A DNA stretch of 64,000 nt from Bdellovibrionales bacterium (GTDB taxonomy: Bacteria; Bdellovibrionota; Bdellovibrionia; Bdellovibrionales; UBA1609): positions 832,001-896,000 of the forward strand of contig OZ241329.1 of NCBI GenBank assembly GCA_965199825.1. The letters run 5' to 3'. How positions within the stretch are numbered: the first letter of the stretch is position 1; each line of letters begins with the position of its first letter. Below the pieces are notes generated by a model, which was not told the origin of the DNA, searched no databases, and saw nothing but the letters and a program-made list of their open reading frames with translations. Positions 57,627 to 64,000 of this stretch are shown here, piece by piece. Made by a program: the position numbers and the translations under genes.

Positions 57627-58705
57627 CCAATCCACGCGGCATGAGTCTTGTTGAAGTCTTAATTGCCCTAGTGATTTTGAGCATCACAGTGGTGGTTGGC
57701 ATGATGCAGGTTGAAATCAACTCAAAAGAACTGACCACAAATAATCTTGCGGTCACTCTGCAAAATCTGAGCACCAATTTATCTTCGACAATTTTAAACG
57801 ATTTAGCTTGGACTTACACTGTGACAGATTCAACCAACTCGTCGATGAGTTGCCTTTCTGGCTATGTGGATTGCTTTGGGCAAACAGGTACATTTCAGCT
57901 GAGAGACTCAACAGGAACTGTTTATTTTAACAGTAACGATGCCACCGCCGGATTTTCGATCTCTGGCCAAGCATGTACTGGCTTTAGCGCAACAGGGTCT
58001 ACGTTATGTCCTATTGGATTGAAATTAAAATGGACTCCCATTTGTATTTCGGGTTCATGCGTGAACCCGATGGTTCAGGTGAGTGGAACATTCACCCTTA
58101 ATTCCACGGTGAAAGTAAACCAAGTTGCTTTAGCCCGAAGAAATTTTAATGTTTTAAGGCAAAGAGTTTATGGCGGAATTCAAACCACACCGATGACCTT
58201 TGGAAATTTTAGTGGCGGCGTGGTTGTCACATCTTCTTCTGTGGCTTCGAGTTCAAATCTTTTGGTTTATCCTGCAGGTACGGGTGTGACTTCGAGTAAC
58301 CTCGAGCCCAATCAGTTTCTTGATGTGATTTATACTTACGATTTGTCCTACACCAATGGCGCAGCCTCAACCGATGCGGCGAACCAAGCGAATTTTTGTT
58401 TTTTTGCCATCGGCGGAAACCCCAACACCGCCCCTTGTATTTATGAGTGGTATCAAAGCAAAGGGAATTGGGTTTTAAGAGCACGTGGTACAATTGTTTA
58501 TACCGCATCTGCCTCAGACGCTATGACCGCAGGTAATCAATTTGAATTTGGCTGGCAAAATGGGCAGATGACTTTTTATTATCAAAACCATCGCCGCTTT
58601 GTTTTTTCTGAAATCTATAGCCTTCCCTTGAGCGTGGCGTTTCATCCTGGGTCGGTTTCTTACAGTCCAACCGGCTTTGCCAACATGGTCTTCAATTTCC
58701 TTTAA
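57623..58705 (+). CDS. Type IV prepilin with C-terminal beta-rich domain
   Basis: PRG/MSLVEVLIAL N-methylation motif. Confidence 0.8.
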   Translation: MTNPRGMSLVEVLIALVILSITVVVGMMQVEINSKELTTNNLAVTLQNLSTNLSSTILNDLAWTYTVTDSTNSSMSCLSGYVDCFGQTGTFQLRDSTGTVYFNSNDATAGFSISGQACTGFSATGSTLCPIGLKLKWTPICISGSCVNPMVQVSGTFTLNSTVKVNQVALARRNFNVLRQRVYGGIQTTPMTFGNFSGGVVVTSSSVASSSNLLVYPAGTGVTSSNLEPNQFLDVIYTYDLSYTNGAASTDAANQANFCFFAIGGNPNTAPCIYEWYQSKGNWVLRARGTIVYTASASDAMTAGNQFEFGWQNGQMTFYYQNHRRFVFSEIYSLPLSVAFHPGSVSYSPTGFANMVFNFL

Positions 58706-58729
58706 GTTCTTTAGACCTTGGTCCGATAA
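58702..58729 (+). promoter_or_regulatory. Putative sigma28 (FliA) promoter
   Basis: TTAAGTTC-N12-TCCGATAA, 7 nt before GTG 58737. Confidence 0.55.
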
Positions 58730-58736
58730 GTAAGAT

Positions 58737-61559
58737 GTGGAACGTTTAAAGGAAAATTCAAAGGGTTTTACCCTACTCGAAGTGATCATAGCATTAGGCA
58801 TCAGCTCTATCGTGATGGTGGCTGCAGTCGACGTCTCATCGTCGATGTTTTCATTCCAAAGCAAAACATCTGCAGAGCAAAAGATCATTGGAATGAAGAC
58901 CGCCATTTTTCAAAATTTGGTGAGCTCCACTTCTATTCTCAACACGATCAATGATACCCAAAACACCGGAATGATTTGTCTAAGAAATCATACCGATTGC
59001 ACAGGCGCCGTGACTACCAGTCCAATGCGCATTCGCGATTTTAATAATAATATTTTGTTTGATTCAGCAGCAACCGGAGCAGGCTTTGATCAGAACGGTG
59101 CTGTGTGTTCGACTTTTAAAAAATCAGTCGGCTCAGCCAATTGTCCTTTTACTTATAATGTTGCTTGGAAGCCAAACTGCAAAGCGGGCAATCCTTGTAT
59201 CGATCCGCCACTTCATTTTAGTGCCACCTTTGATTATAAATTTTCGGGCACTAGTGGTTTTTATCTCAACTCTTCAAAATTCAGTATCCAACTCGATATT
59301 CAAAATCCAGCAAAGGTAACAAAACCAGTTGTTGGCAGCATGAATTTTTATACCAACGTCAATCAACCAGTAACCGCAAATGTTCTGGCAAGTTCGTGGT
59401 CGGGATCCACCAATCCACAACTCAACGTCACCGCGGTTTCGCCCTCAAAAAATGGCGGCACAACCGGAATCAATGGCGATGGCACAGTGACCTACACTCC
59501 ACCCTCAGCATTTCATGGACTTGATCAATATAATTTTACCGCAACAAATGCGTTTGGGGCTTCGCAAACAGTAACCAATTATGTGCGGGTCATGACTCCT
59601 CACACATGGACCGGCAACTCAGGCCTTACCGATTGGAACAATGGCAATAACTGGTGTGGCACTGTCACAGGCGGCGTTTGCCCAGGATCAACCACACCGG
59701 TCAACACGGACCTCACCATTTTTGATAACACCTGTTTTCAAAATTGTAGCGCCGATATCAAAACTGCAGCGGTTGCAGCCGGTGTGGAAGTCGATGCGGG
59801 CTACGGCGGAATCATTACTCAATACAGTAGCAACAACATTACTGTTGGAGCTCTTGGTTGGAATCAATCTGCAGGACAATTTATTGGATCGACTGCTGGA
59901 AACGTCAGTGTTGCAGGCGACTTTGTTTTAAAAAATGCGATCTTTACCGCGCCCGGTGCAACTCTCACTCTGGCCAATGCATTTGGATCATCGGTTAAAG
60001 TCGACATGTCCGCAGGAACTTTTAATCACAATAATGGCAACGTGCTTTTTGACAATCAATTGACCCCCCTCCAATTTATTCCCGGATCAAATGTATTTAA
60101 TAATCTTGGATGGTCTTCGTACGGTGAAGGATCCATCACATCGATGACCGGCACCTTGACTGTTTTAGGAAATTTGGGCGTCGCCCTATATCCCAATCAC
60201 ACCTGTGCCACCGTCAATGGCGGGAGTATTATGGTTGGTGGTAACGTCAATATTAACGGTGATGCGAGTTGCAACTACTCTGGATCAACACCCGTGACTC
60301 TCACCGGAAATGCGGCGGGACAAATTGTTACCGGCACCTCTGGTGGTTTAAGTTCATTGACCATTGCTGCGGGCACAAATGCAGTGAAGCTCGTGGGTAC
60401 AATCACGATCGGAAGTGATGACGGCGCAGTTGGAAATTTCAAATACACTTCAGGGACTCTGAATGTTGGAACCTCAACACTTGTTGCCACAGGTGCAAAC
60501 AACCCCATCAACATCAACGCAGGAACAAATCATCTTTACAATTTTAGTGTGTATTCAAATGGCGATCGAGGAAATGTCGATCTCGGTGGAAGCACTCTTA
60601 ATGTTGATAGTCTTTTGACCTTGGCCCAATCACAGTATCATATGGCAATCGGTATTAATAATGGAACAATTGTTTCGGCAGGTGATGTGAATATCGGCGG
60701 AGACACCGGCGCATACGGAACCGCCACGGTGAAACTGGTCGGAAAATCAAGTGGTGTTCAAACCGTTACGGGAGTGGCCTCCGGCAATGCGGGTTTTGGA
60801 AATCTCACGATTGCTGCTGGATCTAAATCAGTTGTGTTTAAAAATACAATCAACATTTTTGGCTATCTTGCATCCGCTTCGTTTACCAATACTTCAGGCA
60901 ACGTTTCTTGGCCTTCGGGATCAAAACTTCAGTTTGGTGATTACGCAAGTGCGATCAGTTTTTATCCAGGATTAACAAATTATAATGATGTGACCGTTGC
61001 TATCTCAGGTGATGGTGGAAAACTTGATCTTGGTGCAAACCTTCTTGGCGTTTATGGAACATTGACGATCGCAACCCAAGTTCAACACACCTGCCCCATT
61101 ATGGCGGGTGGAACAATAATCGCTATGGGCTCAACGGTTAATTTTAACGGTTGCGGAGTCAACGGCAACACAGTGATCAAACTGCAGGGCAACTCTTCTG
61201 GCGGAACCCAAATTGTGAATGCCACGGCCTCAGCCAATGTTGGCAGCTTGCAAATCAGTTCGACCACTCCAGTGGTTGAAGGCAGCGGCAGCAATCTTTC
61301 GGCGACTTCGGTTACGGTCATGCTCGGTACATTTAATATGCAAGGTTCTAATTTTACTATTAACAGTAACCTTGTAATGCTTCCCCTTACTGATATTCAA
61401 AAATCGGGGGGCACTCTCACAGTGGGTGGAACAACCGTTGCCAATGGGCTTTATAGCTTAGGCGGGTTTATCACCGCGGCTACTGATAAGATGCTTGACC
61501 TGTTTCTGATCGCTCGAAACAATCAGATTCATGAGCGAGCGCCCAACCTGGCTATCTAG
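58737..61559 (+). CDS. Very large type IV prepilin with Ig-like and beta-helix-like adhesin domains
   Basis: KG/FTLLEVIIAL; DGTVTYTP..FHGLDQYNF Ig-like motif; WTG..DWN..NW followed by Gly/Asn/Thr-rich repeats. Confidence 0.8.
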   Translation: MERLKENSKGFTLLEVIIALGISSIVMVAAVDVSSSMFSFQSKTSAEQKIIGMKTAIFQNLVSSTSILNTINDTQNTGMICLRNHTDCTGAVTTSPMRIRDFNNNILFDSAATGAGFDQNGAVCSTFKKSVGSANCPFTYNVAWKPNCKAGNPCIDPPLHFSATFDYKFSGTSGFYLNSSKFSIQLDIQNPAKVTKPVVGSMNFYTNVNQPVTANVLASSWSGSTNPQLNVTAVSPSKNGGTTGINGDGTVTYTPPSAFHGLDQYNFTATNAFGASQTVTNYVRVMTPHTWTGNSGLTDWNNGNNWCGTVTGGVCPGSTTPVNTDLTIFDNTCFQNCSADIKTAAVAAGVEVDAGYGGIITQYSSNNITVGALGWNQSAGQFIGSTAGNVSVAGDFVLKNAIFTAPGATLTLANAFGSSVKVDMSAGTFNHNNGNVLFDNQLTPLQFIPGSNVFNNLGWSSYGEGSITSMTGTLTVLGNLGVALYPNHTCATVNGGSIMVGGNVNINGDASCNYSGSTPVTLTGNAAGQIVTGTSGGLSSLTIAAGTNAVKLVGTITIGSDDGAVGNFKYTSGTLNVGTSTLVATGANNPININAGTNHLYNFSVYSNGDRGNVDLGGSTLNVDSLLTLAQSQYHMAIGINNGTIVSAGDVNIGGDTGAYGTATVKLVGKSSGVQTVTGVASGNAGFGNLTIAAGSKSVVFKNTINIFGYLASASFTNTSGNVSWPSGSKLQFGDYASAISFYPGLTNYNDVTVAISGDGGKLDLGANLLGVYGTLTIATQVQHTCPIMAGGTIIAMGSTVNFNGCGVNGNTVIKLQGNSSGGTQIVNATASANVGSLQISSTTPVVEGSGSNLSATSVTVMLGTFNMQGSNFTINSNLVMLPLTDIQKSGGTLTVGGTTVANGLYSLGGFITAATDKMLDLFLIARNNQIHERAPNLAI

Positions 61560-61917
61560 AAAATTAATTGTTTATCCCAAGCTTCAATTATTTTTGATGG
61601 TCTATCCGCTTTTTACTTTTGCACTCGTGATCACTATTATTCATTTTGGTGTGCAGTATTTGAGTTTTGTAAACTCTTACTTCTTGGTGGCAGGCGTTGC
61701 TGTGATCGTATCTGTTATTGCCCTATTGTCTGGGCTGATATTAACAAACAGAATTTTTGGCCCACTCTTTCGATTGCGTGAGCATATGAATAAGGTCGCA
61801 AACGGCGGCTCACCCGATCCGATTCAGTTTCGGGCAAATGATTGGCTTCCCGACATTGAGGAAAAATATAACAAGATTCTTGAGCGACTTAAAAACAAGG
61901 ATTCGTCAGTTCACTAA
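61531..61917 (+). CDS. Small two-TM protein with HAMP-like C-terminus
   Basis: RKLIVYPKLQ, TNRIFGPLFRL..HM..V..G..FRAND. Confidence 0.7.
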   Translation: MSERPTWLSRKLIVYPKLQLFLMVYPLFTFALVITIIHFGVQYLSFVNSYFLVAGVAVIVSVIALLSGLILTNRIFGPLFRLREHMNKVANGGSPDPIQFRANDWLPDIEEKYNKILERLKNKDSSVH

Positions 61918-61983
61918 GACGTTGACCAAAAAAAAGATCACCACGGACCCGACAAAAAACATCACGACAGGCATTGGTACCAT
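61906..61983 (-). CDS. Candidate 25 aa single-TM small protein
   Basis: MVPMPVVMFFVGSVVIFFLVNVLVN; GGAGG RBS 6 nt upstream; follows rimO. Confidence 0.4.
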   Translation of the reverse strand: MVPMPVVMFFVGSVVIFFLVNVLVN

Positions 61984-62034
61984 TGTTGTCCTCCATGAAC
62001 TCTTACCTTAGTGCACGATATCTTAGGCTTAATG

Positions 62035-63387
62035 TCAAACAATGTGTCCGACTAGATCATAGTCGTGAGCTTCGGTAATTTTCACTCGAACAATTTCGCC
62101 CACTCGTGCAACGCCGTCGTTAATCAATGTCACTCCATCGATCTCGGGAGCTTGCCAGGAGTTGCGGCCTTGAAGCAGCAAATCGGTTTCTTCGGATTTT
62201 CCTTCAACCAAAACCGGAATCGTTTTTCCGATCATTAATTTTTGCCGCGCTCGCGAAATTTTCTTTTGGGCCAGCATCAATGTGTCGTGGCGACGTTGCT
62301 TGATCTCTTCAGAGATCTGGTTGGGCATGGTTCCCGCTTTAGTATTGTCTTCGGGTGAATATTGAAAGCAACCCACACGATCAAATTTTTGGGTTTTTAC
62401 AAAATCCAAAAGTTCCTCAAACTGCTCTTCGGTTTCGCCAGGAAAGCCCACAATAAATTGGGTGCGAATCACCGCTTCAGGAATTTCTTGGCGAATCAAT
62501 CGAACCGCATTTTCGATTTCAGCACGGGTCATGCGACGATTCATATTTTTTAAAACCTGATTGTTGATATGCTGAAGGGGCATATCGAAATATTTAACCA
62601 AGTTTTGTTTTTCTTTGATGAGCTGAATAATTTCGGGAGTGATGCCATCGGGATAAAGATAAAGCACCCGAATCCACTGCGCTCCAGATTCTTCCGACAA
62701 TCGTTTTAAAATTTCAAAAGAGGATTCTTTGGCGGCGCTATCTTTTTTACGCAAGTCCCATCCGTAGTCGGTAAAATCATGGCTCACCACAATCAGCTCT
62801 TGAGTTCCACCTGCCACCAAAAGTTTTGCTTCTGAAACAACCGCATTGAGAGTCCGACTTTGCAGATTGCCTCGAATCAGTGGGATCGCACAAAAAGCGC
62901 AACGCTTTTTACATCCCTCAGAAATTTTAAGATAGGCACTGTGGCGTGGACCAGAGAGAATTCGGGGCGTATCGATTTCTTGCAAATAGGTGGGTAAATT
63001 AAAAAACTTTTTATTGAGCGAGCCCTGTTTGCGGTCACGCAAAATTTTGGCCAGATTTTGAAATTCACCAGACCCCACAAAAAGATCGGCCTCGGGCAAT
63101 CCATCAACCAAATCATCTTTGTATCTTTGGGTTAAGCAACCCGCCACAACCAGATTTTTTAATTTTCCATTGGCCTTGAGCTCAGCCATTTCCAAAATTG
63201 TATCCACCGATTCTTTTTTGCTTGCCTCAATAAACCCGCAGGTATTGACCACGATGGTGTCTGCAGCTTTTGAGTCATCGACGATCTCGTAGCCATCTTG
63301 AACCAGAGAACCCAGCATCATCTCGGTATCAACCCGGTTTTTGGGACAGCCTAAAGAAATAAAATGTACTTTTTTAGTTTCTAACAT
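62035..63387 (-). CDS. rimO: Ribosomal protein S12 methylthiotransferase
   Basis: SLGCPKNRVD, NTCGFI, AYLKISEGC..C.FC.IP, IVGFPGETEE, APEIDG, TRAM domain. Confidence 0.96.
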   Translation of the reverse strand: MLETKKVHFISLGCPKNRVDTEMMLGSLVQDGYEIVDDSKAADTIVVNTCGFIEASKKESVDTILEMAELKANGKLKNLVVAGCLTQRYKDDLVDGLPEADLFVGSGEFQNLAKILRDRKQGSLNKKFFNLPTYLQEIDTPRILSGPRHSAYLKISEGCKKRCAFCAIPLIRGNLQSRTLNAVVSEAKLLVAGGTQELIVVSHDFTDYGWDLRKKDSAAKESSFEILKRLSEESGAQWIRVLYLYPDGITPEIIQLIKEKQNLVKYFDMPLQHINNQVLKNMNRRMTRAEIENAVRLIRQEIPEAVIRTQFIVGFPGETEEQFEELLDFVKTQKFDRVGCFQYSPEDNTKAGTMPNQISEEIKQRRHDTLMLAQKKISRARQKLMIGKTIPVLVEGKSEETDLLLQGRNSWQAPEIDGVTLINDGVARVGEIVRVKITEAHDYDLVGHIV

Positions 63388-64000
63388 TTAAAAAACCGTA
63401 ACTTCTGCTTTTTTGGGAAGCGTAAAATGTAACTTTTCTGGACTGATCGAAGATTTGTAGTCTGTGTTTTTAAAGATATATTTTATTTGGTTATGAAGAC
63501 TATCGCTGTACTTCACACTGATCAGTTCAACATCATCAATCGTAATCAAAAGATTTTCGAAGTCGACACCGTTTAAGTTTTTTGGATTCAATTCAAAAAT
63601 TCTGCGGTTTTCGTCAATTCGAACCGACATCACTTTGAGTTGATCAAGAGCTTTGGCATCACCCAAAAGAGTCGCCAAAATACTATTTGATCTTTTTAAA
63701 CTTGGCGCATTGGTTTTTAAAACGTTCCACATGTCTTCGAATCGAGTGGCGAGCCACAAAGTTTTGCCGTCAAAAACCACCGTGGTGTTTTCATCGTCTT
63801 TTAGATCTAAACGAAATTTATTTTTAGAAAAGTAGAGCATGCCAGAGACCGATTTTTTTTCATTCAGTAAAGGCATCTCGGTTTGTTTTTCGATCTCAGA
63901 AGTGACCCCTTTGGCTTTTTGAAATCGGCCAAGCACCGCTTTTAAAGGAGATTTACTTTCGATTGCAAAAACCGAAGCAGATAAAAACAAACAGATAAAA
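63388..64000 (-). CDS. lolA: LolA-like outer membrane lipoprotein carrier (5' truncated by window)
   Basis: G.LYFSK.KFR, VVFDGKTLW, D..N, FTLPKKAEV; upstream of rimO; frame open to the window edge. Confidence 0.7.
   Translation of the reverse strand, partial: FICLFLSASVFAIESKSPLKAVLGRFQKAKGVTSEIEKQTEMPLLNEKKSVSGMLYFSKNKFRLDLKDDENTTVVFDGKTLWLATRFEDMWNVLKTNAPSLKRSNSILATLLGDAKALDQLKVMSVRIDENRRIFELNPKNLNGVDFENLLITIDDVELISVKYSDSLHNQIKYIFKNTDYKSSISPEKLHFTLPKKAEVTVF

Overview
A 64 kb gene-dense bacterial chromosome segment, inferred to be Bdellovibrionota (Bdellovibrio-like) from its FQNC-type secreted protein, Cys-rich pilins, TadG-like protein, CFI-box-CTERM protein and an rpsB-tsf-pyrH-frr-uppS-cdsA-rseP cluster lacking dxr. 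Most genes are housekeeping: PBP1A, uvrA, msbA, a UvrD-family helicase, amgK-murU, nagZ, galU, priA, tsaB, rluD-pgeF, mltG, a partial ast operon, bamD, hpt, rimO and lolA. I saw no rRNA, tRNA, cas or reverse transcriptase genes. The least explained structures are: (1) a Y1/HUH (IS200/RAYT-like) nuclease gene next to a non-coding array of 7 non-palindromic ~22-30 bp direct repeats with ~75 bp spacing and a 150 bp higher-order period; (2) two paralogous HNH nuclease loci, each with six GGCACGA boxes, position-conserved upstream motifs and an RBS-occluding hairpin, one copy carrying a microhomology-bounded 162 bp in-frame deletion; (3) an FGE/C-type-lectin-fold lipoprotein gene between duplicated pgeF 3' ends. 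Also notable are a probable pseudo-ATPase beside a sigma54 activator, four sigma28-like promoters, three modular pilins and two unannotated small ORFs. All calls come from reading motifs by eye; no database searches were run.
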